A stretch of 64,000 nt of DNA from Myxococcales bacterium (GTDB lineage: Bacteria; Myxococcota_A; Polyangia; Polyangiales; Polyangiaceae). Each line of letters begins with the position of its first letter. The first letter of the stretch is position 1. A program made the translations under genes and the position numbers. Positions 9,315-18,259 of the stretch are shown here, in pieces. The notes beneath the pieces were generated by a model that was not told the origin of the DNA, made no database searches, and was given only the letters and a program-made list of their open reading frames with translations. The stretch spans positions 1-64,000 of the forward strand of contig JAYTOU010000053.1 of assembly GCA_043747615.1 (NCBI GenBank), written 5' to 3'.

Positions 9315-9977
9315 ATGCGCCGTCTCCTCGTTCTCGCCCTCGGTGCGTCGCTTGTGTCGCTCTCATGCGGCGGGGCGCAAGCAGAAGATCCGTCGAGCGT
9401 GCTGCGGGCTTACGCGCGATCGCTCGAGGAAGGGCGAGCGGACGACGCGTACCGCATGCTGAGCGACGAGGCCCGGCGAGGCGTGTCCGTCGAGGCGTTC
9501 CGGCGGATGGTGAAGGACAATCCGGACGAAGTGCGCGAGATCGGCAAATCGCTCGCGCGGCCGGCGGCAGCTCCCGTGGTCACGGCAACGGTCACCAGTC
9601 CGAACGGCCAGGAGCTCGAGCTCGTGCTCGAAAACGGAAAGTGGAAGGTCGAGTCCTCGGCGATCGATCTCTACACCCAGGACACGCCGCGACACGCGGT
9701 CCTCGGTTTCGTTCGCGCCCTCGAGCGGAAGCGCTACGACATCGTCCTTCGCTACGTGCCTGAGGCGCACAAAGAAGGGCTCGACGCCGTGAAGCTCAAA
9801 GCTTCGTGGGAAGGTCACGACAAGGAGGAAATGGATCAAGTCCTCGCGGCTCTCAAGCAGACCTTACCGACGGCGACGGTCGAAGAGACGGGCGAGCGCG
9901 CAACGCTCCCCTATGGCGCGGGAACGATGCAGCTCGTACGTGAGCATGGGCTCTGGAAAATCGAGGACTTCGATTGA
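9315..9977 (+). CDS. hypothetical lipoprotein with two similar NTF2/DUF4878-like halves
   Basis: Lipobox SLSC; each half ends L.lEnGkWKV / LVREHGLWKI; ATG 9315. Confidence 0.75.
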   Translation: MRRLLVLALGASLVSLSCGGAQAEDPSSVLRAYARSLEEGRADDAYRMLSDEARRGVSVEAFRRMVKDNPDEVREIGKSLARPAAAPVVTATVTSPNGQELELVLENGKWKVESSAIDLYTQDTPRHAVLGFVRALERKRYDIVLRYVPEAHKEGLDAVKLKASWEGHDKEEMDQVLAALKQTLPTATVEETGERATLPYGAGTMQLVREHGLWKIEDFD

Positions 9978-10792
9978 TGAGGAAACAAGTGATGATGAGC
10001 TACTCGATCAAAAAAGGCTTCTTTGCCGGCTGTTTCGCATTGTCGGCAATCACCGGGCTCTCGGCGTGCGAGGTCAGGACCGGCACTGGGCGCGAGCCTC
10101 AGACCGCTTCGCAGAGCGGAGCGCCGACGACCGCAACCCCGTCAGCGCCGAGCACACCAGCGGCACCCACCGCGCCGGCAACGCCCGCCGCGCCAGGCAA
10201 GACCATCGCTTACCATCCACAGCAGGGAGTTGGCTCGGCGCCCGCTGCCGCTCCTGGGCCGGTGAAGCAAATTTCGATCAACGGCACTGCAATGTCTCTG
10301 CCGACGGCCACCGCAGACACAGGCTTCGGGGGCAGCACCGAGTCTCCAGATGCTCTTCGCGGCGTGGTCTATTTCATTCCCGAAGGGACCCAGAAATTTC
10401 CCGACGTCTCCGCCCTCAAGCCGAGCGGCGTGGTCTACGCGAAGCAGCTCAACGTTCCTGCGCACGACTTCAGGGAGGGCTTCCCCGGGATCGACAACCG
10501 CTTCGAGTGGTTTGCGATTCGGTACGAGGGCACGTTCTCGGTCGCCAAGGCCGATGCGTACGCCTTTCGAATCATCTCCGACGATGGAGCGATCGTGACC
10601 ATCGATGACGTGAAGCAGATCGACAACGACGGCGCCCACAGCGCGCGGGGCTTCGCGAAGGAAGTGAAGCTGACCGCAGGCACGCACAAGATCCGCGTGG
10701 ACTACTTCCAGGGACCGAGGTTCTCGGTCGCGCTCCAGCTCTGGGTGAGCAGCCTCTCGATGCCGGAGAAGCTCTGGTCTGCGTCGTTCTAA
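9974..10792 (+). CDS. PA14-domain lipoprotein
   Basis: Lipobox LSAC; Pro/Ala linker; FAIRYEG...FRIISDDGA...IDNDGAH...LTAGTHKIRVDYFQ PA14 pattern. Start may be slightly later. Confidence 0.85.
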   Translation: MMRKQVMMSYSIKKGFFAGCFALSAITGLSACEVRTGTGREPQTASQSGAPTTATPSAPSTPAAPTAPATPAAPGKTIAYHPQQGVGSAPAAAPGPVKQISINGTAMSLPTATADTGFGGSTESPDALRGVVYFIPEGTQKFPDVSALKPSGVVYAKQLNVPAHDFREGFPGIDNRFEWFAIRYEGTFSVAKADAYAFRIISDDGAIVTIDDVKQIDNDGAHSARGFAKEVKLTAGTHKIRVDYFQGPRFSVALQLWVSSLSMPEKLWSASF

Positions 10793-10941
10793 CCATGGAT
10801 AGCTCCATGATGCGGTGCCAACTTGTGCCGAATCTGGGTACGTAAACGAGCTCCGGGGCCTTCGTGGCGAGCGCTTCGGTGACGATCGTCGGCCGCGGCG
10901 GCCCTAGCCGTTTCGGCACAGCGCTTGCTCACCTGGTCGCG

Positions 10942-11547
10942 ATGCAACTCCTCCCTCTCTCATGCTTGGCGCTTCTCGGTGGTCTCCTCCTCGTTGGCTG
11001 CGGAGGCGGCACCGACGCTCACGGCTTCGCGCCCGAGACGGCGGGGTGGCCGGAGCAGCTCACGACGTCCGCGGAGTGGCCGACCTACAATGGCGGCCCC
11101 GGCCCTCTCGGCCCGCGGTGGCATGCGCCGCGCGAACTAGGCTGCGGCGAACAGGTCTGGGTGCGCACGGAGCCGGATCGGAACTTTGCCCCCGGAGATG
11201 GGCCGCGCACGGTCTACGGCAATGTCTTGGGGATCACCTGCGTGAGCAATGGGATCTCGTTGGTTGTCGTGGATCAAGCCCGATACGAGGAACAAAATCT
11301 ATTTCGAGGGGACTGCATCGCCGGCATTCACGTTTCGACCCAGGGCGAGCAGCTCGGCGAATTGCACTTCGCGACGCCGGAAGCGTGCGAGAAATTCACG
11401 AACGACCGACGCAGCGTTCCCAACACGATGCTTCGCGCGCGGACTGTGTTCCGTCTCGCGACACTCAAGCCGGCCGTCACTTTCGATTTTGTCGAAGCCT
11501 CGTTCGTTTCGGAGTCGGTGCCCTTCGACTTCTCCGCGCAAAAGTGA
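10942..11547 (+). CDS. hypothetical lipoprotein
   Basis: MQLLPLSCLALLGGLLLVGC lipobox; fills an intergenic gap. Confidence 0.6.
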   Translation: MQLLPLSCLALLGGLLLVGCGGGTDAHGFAPETAGWPEQLTTSAEWPTYNGGPGPLGPRWHAPRELGCGEQVWVRTEPDRNFAPGDGPRTVYGNVLGITCVSNGISLVVVDQARYEEQNLFRGDCIAGIHVSTQGEQLGELHFATPEACEKFTNDRRSVPNTMLRARTVFRLATLKPAVTFDFVEASFVSESVPFDFSAQK

Positions 11548-11595
11548 GGACTGAACGGACTTCGAATGCGAAAGATGTCTCGTGTGCAGTTCTGG

Positions 11596-12291
11596 TCACC
11601 GAGCCTTCGGCTTCGTGATGTCGGGCGGGCGAACGTAGAGCGGCTCGAGAGCGTTCAGGTCGTCGGCCGTTCGTAACGCAGCGATCCGCGCGATCGACGC
11701 TGCGCGCGGGACGTCGTTCGGCGCCGCGCTCACGATGCGAACCTTCGCGTCGACGACCGACCAGTCGACGAACGCGCTTCCCTCCCCGACCGCCACGAGC
11801 GCTCGCACGCCTGCGTCGCGCACCAGCCTCGCGATCATCTCGCCTGCGAGATCGATCTTCACGTGAGCGGGTGCGCCAGTGGATGCAAGCTGCATGAACA
11901 GCTCGCCTTTCATCGCAGAAAGAAGTCTGATCACCACTTCGTCTTCGAGGGGCACGACGCCTTCGCCCACGGCGTCGAGCGACGTGACGCCAACGATGTC
12001 AGCGCCCGTGGCGAGCGCGATCCCCTTCACCGTGGCCACGCCGATGCGCGTCCCCGTGAAAGAGCCTGGACCGATTCCGACCCCCCAGCGCTCGGCATCT
12101 TTCGGTTTCCAACCCGCGCGCGCGAAGAGAGCGTCGATCATCGGCAAGAGTGACTCACCATGTGCGTTCGATACACGTTGCTCATCGGAAGCGACTACCT
12201 CGCCGCCCTCGAGGAGCGCGACGGTTCCGAGTGGGCTCGATGTGTCGACCGCCGCTATCCTCAACGCGCTCACGCGCCGCGCAGGGTTCAA
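11596..12291 (-). CDS. tsaB: tRNA threonylcarbamoyladenosine biosynthesis protein TsaB
   Basis: AVDTSS, HGESLLPMI, GIGPGSFTGTRIG and C-terminal LEPLYVR. Start uncertain by a few codons. Confidence 0.93.
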   Translation of the reverse strand: MNPARRVSALRIAAVDTSSPLGTVALLEGGEVVASDEQRVSNAHGESLLPMIDALFARAGWKPKDAERWGVGIGPGSFTGTRIGVATVKGIALATGADIVGVTSLDAVGEGVVPLEDEVVIRLLSAMKGELFMQLASTGAPAHVKIDLAGEMIARLVRDAGVRALVAVGEGSAFVDWSVVDAKVRIVSAAPNDVPRAASIARIAALRTADDLNALEPLYVRPPDITKPKAR

Positions 12292-12312
12292 GGCGTTCGC
12301 GCAGTCTGCCGC

Positions 12313-13482
12313 CTAGACGCGGGTGTCGATGACGGTGGCCGTGGCCTGACCGAAGCCGATGCACATCGTCTGCAGACCGTAGCGCTTGCTGTTGTCCTCG
12401 AGGGCGTGAAGCAGCGTCGTCATGAGACGCGCGCCGGATGCGCCGAGGGGATGCCCGAGAGCGATCGCGCCGCCTCGCACGTTGACCTTCGTCCAGTCGG
12501 CGCCCATGTCTTTGCGCCACGCGGCGGCCACGCTCGCGAAGGCTTCGTTCACCTCGAAGAGATCGATGTCCTTCATGGTGAGCTTCGCGCGCTCGAGGAT
12601 TTTTTTGGTGGCCGGGATGACGCCCGTGAGCATGATCACCGGCTCGACGCCCGCGGTGCCCGTGGCGGTGATCTTCGCGCGGGGCTTGAGGCCGTATTTT
12701 TTCACCGCGGCTTCGCTGGCGATGCACACCGCGGCGGCTCCGTCGGAGATCTGCGAGCTGTTACCGGCGTGAACCACACCGTCGGCCTTGAAGACCGTGG
12801 GCAGCGTGCCGAGCTTCTCGAGCGAGGTGGTCGCGCGCGGCCCCTCATCTTTAGCGAACGAGCGAACTTGACCGTCGGGGTAGGTCACGTCGAGCGCGCT
12901 GATTTCCCGGGTAAATTGGCCTTTTTCTTGGGCGGCGATGGCGCGTGTGTGGCTCTCGAGCGAAAGCTCATCGAGCTCCTTGCGCGTCAGCTTCCAGCGC
13001 TCGGCGATCATCTCGGCGCTCGTGCCCTGACCGACGAACTCGAACTTGTACTCCGCAGGCTGCGGCGGCCACACGTTCGGACCCACCAGTCCGTCCATGC
13101 CCATAGGCGCGCGGCTCATGAGCTCGACGCCGCATCCGATGACGATCTCGGCCTGGCCCGCCATGACGGCGTGCGCGGCCTGATGAATGGCCTGCTGACT
13201 CGACCCGCACATACGATTGACGGTGGTCCCGGTGACTTCCACGGGCCAGCCCGCCTCGAGCACGGCCATGCGCGCAACGTTGAAGCCTTGCTCTCCGATC
13301 GGAGTCACGCAGCCGGCGATGACGTCGTCGATCGTCTGCGGGTCTACGTTGGCCTGCTTGGCGAGAGCGTCCAGCACCTTGGCGAGCAGGACGTCGGCGC
13401 GCGTCATGGTGAGCGCTCCCTTGCCGGGCTTCCCGATTCCGACCGCGCTCCGTGTGGCGCCAACGATGTACGCGTCTCCCAT
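12313..13482 (-). CDS. acetyl-CoA C-acyltransferase (thiolase)
   Basis: NRMCGSS, NEAFA, GGAIALGHPLGASG and TMCIGFGQA. Confidence 0.96.
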   Translation of the reverse strand: MGDAYIVGATRSAVGIGKPGKGALTMTRADVLLAKVLDALAKQANVDPQTIDDVIAGCVTPIGEQGFNVARMAVLEAGWPVEVTGTTVNRMCGSSQQAIHQAAHAVMAGQAEIVIGCGVELMSRAPMGMDGLVGPNVWPPQPAEYKFEFVGQGTSAEMIAERWKLTRKELDELSLESHTRAIAAQEKGQFTREISALDVTYPDGQVRSFAKDEGPRATTSLEKLGTLPTVFKADGVVHAGNSSQISDGAAAVCIASEAAVKKYGLKPRAKITATGTAGVEPVIMLTGVIPATKKILERAKLTMKDIDLFEVNEAFASVAAAWRKDMGADWTKVNVRGGAIALGHPLGASGARLMTTLLHALEDNSKRYGLQTMCIGFGQATATVIDTRV

Positions 13483-13562
13483 GTCTCGCTCCTCTGGTTT
13501 GCCTTCTTTTGAAGGCGAATAAGTAGTTCGTACTCTAAATATCCTTCGATAAAGTGCGTAGC

Positions 13563-14741
13563 TTAAAGCTGAGCGAAACGCCCGCTCCTAAATGCGGCTT
13601 CGAGCAGCTGGTCGACGCGCTGCACGAGCTCGGGTGCGCGCGGATCCGGCATGGCGCCGAGCGCGGCCTTGATTTCGTTGAGAGCTTTCAGCTGGCTGAA
13701 GAGCTGCACGTCCCCGAGGCCGCCGCCGCCGGTGAGCACCTGGCGAACGCGATCGATCTCCGCCGCAAGGGCCTCGACCCCGACCCCGGATGCGCCGACG
13801 CGACGGGCGTTTGGATGATCGCGGTAGTGAGCCTCGAGGACCGGAGCGACGATCGCCTCCAGGATCGCCGCCTGATCTTCGTTGTTCCATATGTGCTTGA
13901 GCACGAAAAAATCCGAGGCGTCCGGCTGCGCGCGGCCATCGAGGTACGCGCTGGCCGCAAAGAGCTTGAGGAGCTTCACGACACGGCGATCGGAGAGGGT
14001 TACCCCCTCGGCGCGAATCTGAAAAACCAGCCCCTTGTAGGCCGAGAAGAACTCTTCGCTGAAACGCATGCGCTGGGCGAAGGCTCGATGGAGCTCGGCG
14101 ATTTCGCGTGCCGTGGCCAGTGGCTTGACGGGCGCGTCGGTGAGCGCCAAAAGCTCGTTGGCGATCCCCTTCTGGAGGAGATCCTGAAAGTGGTAAGCGT
14201 CGAGATTGTCGCTGCGGATGCGAAGGAGGAAACGGTCGAACACCGCGGTAAGCGTCTCGTCCGTCGGGACCTCGTTGGAAGCGCCGAACGCGCTCAAAAG
14301 AGGGCACTTCATGACTACCCCACCGCTCGTGTAGCGCCGCTCGTTCAGGAGAGTGAGGAGCGAGTTGAGGATGGCCGAGTTCGATTTGAAGACCTCGTCG
14401 AGGAAGACCACCTCGGAGTCGGGGAGCATGCCCTCGATGCGGCGCTGGTACTTTCCTTCGCGAAACGCGGCGATGTCGACGGGGCCGAAGATTTCGTTCG
14501 GCTCGGTGAACCGGGTCAGCAGATATTCGAAATAGCGCGCATCGAGCAGGCGCGCGAACATCCGCAGGAGCGCAGATTTCGCAGTGCCGGGAGGGCCGAC
14601 CAGGACGGCGTGCTCACCGGCGACCACCGAAATGAGGAGCAGGCGGATCGTCTCTTCTTTGCCGAGAAACGAGGCCTCCAGCACCCGCGCGATCTGCGCG
14701 AGCCGAACCGTGAGCGGCGAGGTCGAAGGGGCAGCCACCAT
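13563..14741 (-). CDS. MoxR-family AAA+ ATPase (RavA-like)
   Basis: GPPGTAKS, FEYLLTRFTEPNEIFGP, FLDEVFKSNSAILNSLLT, ASNE and FDRF. Confidence 0.9.
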   Translation of the reverse strand: MVAAPSTSPLTVRLAQIARVLEASFLGKEETIRLLLISVVAGEHAVLVGPPGTAKSALLRMFARLLDARYFEYLLTRFTEPNEIFGPVDIAAFREGKYQRRIEGMLPDSEVVFLDEVFKSNSAILNSLLTLLNERRYTSGGVVMKCPLLSAFGASNEVPTDETLTAVFDRFLLRIRSDNLDAYHFQDLLQKGIANELLALTDAPVKPLATAREIAELHRAFAQRMRFSEEFFSAYKGLVFQIRAEGVTLSDRRVVKLLKLFAASAYLDGRAQPDASDFFVLKHIWNNEDQAAILEAIVAPVLEAHYRDHPNARRVGASGVGVEALAAEIDRVRQVLTGGGGLGDVQLFSQLKALNEIKAALGAMPDPRAPELVQRVDQLLEAAFRSGRFAQL

Positions 14742-14796
14742 GCGAGCGCTCGGAGGCTAACACGCGTCTGGTCAAAGCAGGATAGGCTCGGGGCAC

Positions 14797-15291
14797 ATGC
14801 GAATTGGGCACTTCGCCGTCAGCCTTCTTTTTCTTCTGCTCCTTCCCTCGTGCAGCACGAAGAGCAACACCTGCACGCTCGTTGCTTGCCAGAGCGGCGC
14901 GACCGTCAAGCTCCTCGTGAACTTGCCGCCCGACGAGATGCTCCACGCGACCGTAGTCGCATGCCGCAACGACGCGTGCAGCACGGGGACCCCCGCAAGC
15001 GTGCCCTCCGCCGACGGAGACAAGCTCCTCGTTCGCCTTCAAGGCGGCGTGACCGTGGTGGCGTACATCTCGACCCACGTATTTACGCCGACGCTGATGG
15101 GCTACGAGCTCGACAGCGTCTTCAGCATCGAGGACGACGCGAAGGACGGCGACGTCTACTCGGTCACCGTGCAGAACGGCGGAGCCTCCGCGGCGAGCGC
15201 CAAGGAGCCCGTCACCTATACGGCTTCGACCCCGAACGGCGTCAACTGCCCTCCGACATGCCACAACGCGACGATCGACAAGACGCTCTAG
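14797..15291 (+). CDS. hypothetical Cys-containing lipoprotein
   Basis: Lipobox LPSC; CTLVAC and PNGVNCPPTC. Confidence 0.7.
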   Translation: MRIGHFAVSLLFLLLLPSCSTKSNTCTLVACQSGATVKLLVNLPPDEMLHATVVACRNDACSTGTPASVPSADGDKLLVRLQGGVTVVAYISTHVFTPTLMGYELDSVFSIEDDAKDGDVYSVTVQNGGASAASAKEPVTYTASTPNGVNCPPTCHNATIDKTL

Positions 15292-15293
15292 CG

Positions 15294-17783
15294 TTACGCA
15301 GGATCCGGTGATGCCGGAACGAACGCGTACGTCGCTGCCATCGTGAGGCCGTAGGAAAGAGCGCCGAGCACGAGGACGGTCGTGTAACCGAACGAGGTGG
15401 CAACGAGCATCCCGACCACGGACGCGACGACGGCCGCGAATCCATTTACCCCCCACATCCACGGCACGAGCTCTTCGAGCCGGTTCGCCGCCAGAAGGCG
15501 GACGCCAGTGGGAAAGAGCATTCCCATGCATGTCGCGAGAGGCGCGATGCATACGACGGCGAGCGCCATGCGCCCCGATTGGGCCCAGCTCTCCGCGCGC
15601 TGGAGCAACGAGGGGACGAGAAACGCGCTGAGGAGGACGCAGACGATGACCGCAGCGATGGGAGACCTGACCTGTCGAGCAAGGGGGCCTTTCAGTTGTC
15701 CGCTGGCGAAGCTCCCGAGACCGGTGAAGAGAAGCAAGGAGAAGAGAACGACGGAGAGCGCGTACGTGGGATGACCCAAAAACACGATGTACCGCTGGAT
15801 CAACGAGAGCTCGATGAGCATGAAGCCAAAACCGATCCCAACGAAATAGGCGGTCGGCCCGCGGTACGTCGACAGCACGAGCTGTCGGAAACCGAATCCG
15901 TCGTATTTGCGAAGTGGCCGGATGAGAACGCGAAAGCCCACGCCGATCGAGATGATCAGGGTGAGGAGCAGCAGAGCGCTCGAGTTGCTCCCCAGGCTCG
16001 CGTCACCCCGTTTTGCCGCCTCGACCCAGCTGCCCAAAGGCGTCCGCGTATTGAAGAAGAAGGGCCTCTCGTCGCTCGGAGGCGAGAGATCGAACGAGCC
16101 ATTCCGCGTCGCTCCGGGGACGTGCTGGATGGCGTCCTCCACGTCGATCTGCTCGCGTTGAGTGATTCCGCTCACCACGGGCCAAAGCACTTTGAACCCC
16201 ATTCGATTGGACAGACTCACGAGGGCGCTGACTTCCTCCGGCAAGAACGGGGACCGCTTCATGAGGCACGTCGCAACGGCCTGACTGAGATAGCCGCGGG
16301 TGTAGAGCACCGCGATCTGGGCTGCCGGATGGGCGACTCCGCTCCGCTGCAAGGCGTCGCCCATTAGGGCGAGGACGCGAGCGACTTCGCCGTAGTTCGA
16401 GCGATCGTACCAACGCGAGATGCTCAGGATTCCGTCGTCCTTCAAGTGCGACAGGAAGAGGCTGTAAGCCTCCTGGGTGTAGAGCGTGTTTTCGGTGAGC
16501 ACGAGCTGGCCCGCCATCGACGCTGCCCAGGTGTCGATCATCGACATCTGGATGATGTCGTAGCGACCATTCAGGCTGGCGAGCTCGCTCCGCGCATTGC
16601 CGACGATGAGCCTCACCGGCGGAAGCGCGTAGACGTGTCCGTTGTAGCTACTGAAGGCGTCGCGCCCTACTTCGGCCACCGCGGGGTTGATTTCCACGAC
16701 GTCGATGTGCTCCGCGCCGAACCGCGCGGCGGTGAGCACGTCCCTTCCGCCTCCGCCGCCGATGATGAAGACGCTCCCTAGCTTTCCGGGCTTCAGCCAA
16801 TAGGGTGAGGCCGTCACATCCCACTTGAGAAATTCGGTTCGGGCCGCCGTCGCGATTCCACCTTCGTGGATGATCTGGGTACCGGCGTCCGAATCAAGCT
16901 CGATCCAGAGTGTCTCTGGGACGAAGCCGTCGAAGTTGTCGCTCATCCCCCAGCCGGCCTCGAAGAGCGGGCGCGTCTTTTCTCCGCCTCCCAGCTTGGG
17001 GTTGCGCGTGCTCACCGTCACCCGCGCTAGGCTGTTCCATTTTTCCCAGATGACGTCCGACTGATCGTGTTGCTTAGCGAAGCGAAGGCGGGTGATCGCC
17101 GGGAACTCGAGCGCGGCTCCGAGGAGGACCGTTAGCGCTGCCAGCATACCGATTCCGACCCGCCGATCGCGACCACTCCCGACCGTGTGGGCGAGGAGAA
17201 TGCTCGCGCCCGCGCTGACCCATGCACAGGCGAGCATGGCATTCAGCGCCGAGGTCCGGTCGAGGATCAGAACCGAGAACAGGCACCCGATCGCAGCGCC
17301 GACCAGGTCGAAGAGATAAAGGCGAACGACGTCTTTCGAATATCGCGACAGCACGAAGGCAACGACGTAGCCGCAATAGTAGAACGCGAACGTGATCATC
17401 AAGGCGAAGAGGGTGAACTGGAGGACGATCAAGTACTGGTCCGAGATCGTGACGAACGCGAAGCTCATGGCGCTCGTCGCAATGAGGCCAGCGGCGACCT
17501 GAGCGGCAGCTGCCGGGCTCAATGGACGCGCTAGTCCCGATTTTTGCTGAACGAACACGGTGATCGCCGACGAAGCCATGCCGAGCATGGCGAGGGCCAC
17601 GATGAGAAACGCAAAGTGGTAAGAAACGGTGACGGACAGCGCCCGCGAAAGGCAGATTTGAAGGGCGAGAGTCACGAGCGTGACGAGGAACATTGCCGCC
17701 ACCAGGCCCGCCGAGGCTCGCCCTTCGCTCGCGCCTTCCGGCCCGCGTATCGGGGCCGTCGCGCCTTCCATCAGTTCCGCCAT
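15294..17783 (-). CDS. polytopic membrane protein with central spermidine-synthase-like (class I SAM-binding) domain
   Basis: Many TM helices on both sides of FIIGGGGGRDV...VVEINP...YDIIQMS...ENTLYTQEAY. Confidence 0.85.
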   Translation of the reverse strand: MAELMEGATAPIRGPEGASEGRASAGLVAAMFLVTLVTLALQICLSRALSVTVSYHFAFLIVALAMLGMASSAITVFVQQKSGLARPLSPAAAAQVAAGLIATSAMSFAFVTISDQYLIVLQFTLFALMITFAFYYCGYVVAFVLSRYSKDVVRLYLFDLVGAAIGCLFSVLILDRTSALNAMLACAWVSAGASILLAHTVGSGRDRRVGIGMLAALTVLLGAALEFPAITRLRFAKQHDQSDVIWEKWNSLARVTVSTRNPKLGGGEKTRPLFEAGWGMSDNFDGFVPETLWIELDSDAGTQIIHEGGIATAARTEFLKWDVTASPYWLKPGKLGSVFIIGGGGGRDVLTAARFGAEHIDVVEINPAVAEVGRDAFSSYNGHVYALPPVRLIVGNARSELASLNGRYDIIQMSMIDTWAASMAGQLVLTENTLYTQEAYSLFLSHLKDDGILSISRWYDRSNYGEVARVLALMGDALQRSGVAHPAAQIAVLYTRGYLSQAVATCLMKRSPFLPEEVSALVSLSNRMGFKVLWPVVSGITQREQIDVEDAIQHVPGATRNGSFDLSPPSDERPFFFNTRTPLGSWVEAAKRGDASLGSNSSALLLLTLIISIGVGFRVLIRPLRKYDGFGFRQLVLSTYRGPTAYFVGIGFGFMLIELSLIQRYIVFLGHPTYALSVVLFSLLLFTGLGSFASGQLKGPLARQVRSPIAAVIVCVLLSAFLVPSLLQRAESWAQSGRMALAVVCIAPLATCMGMLFPTGVRLLAANRLEELVPWMWGVNGFAAVVASVVGMLVATSFGYTTVLVLGALSYGLTMAATYAFVPASPDPA

Positions 17784-17789
17784 CGGGGC

Positions 17790-18255
17790 AAGGTACAGCC
17801 CCCTTTAGAAATTCGGCCGAACAATCGGACCGCGTGCGCCGGTTGGGGGCCAGGTGCTCGGCGTCGATGGCCTGAAGCTCGATCCACGGTTCTCGCACGT
17901 CGGAGACGCCGGTGGAAAAGGAGTGGTCGACCTGATTTCTCACGGTGATGTCAGCGTCCGTCCAGCTTCCCAATCCGGCGGTTGTGAGGTTGGAGGACGC
18001 GATCGACCCCACCACGTCGTCCTCCGGAACGAGATCAAAACGATTCGGGACGCCGGCGAGCCAGCGGGTCGTGTCGAAGCGGCCCATCGCATCGCGTGGG
18101 GTATGGCACTCGCCGCATCCCGCAACGCTCCTGACCAGGTATTCTCCTCGGACAACGCGATCGACCGGCGCGGGCGGGCGCGCCGCTTTGCTGCTGCAGC
18201 CGGCCACCACGAGCGCAGCAACGCCTGCAAGCCCGGCGACAGAAGCGCGCGTCAC
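17790..18255 (-). pseudogene. truncated/chimeric c-type cytochrome lipoprotein remnant
   Basis: GTG 18255, lipobox VAGC, RGEYLV...CGECHTPR...SNLT..GLGSWTDADI, then loss of family pattern; frame runs on into the next gene without its own stop. Confidence 0.6.
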
Positions 18256-18259
18256 ACTC

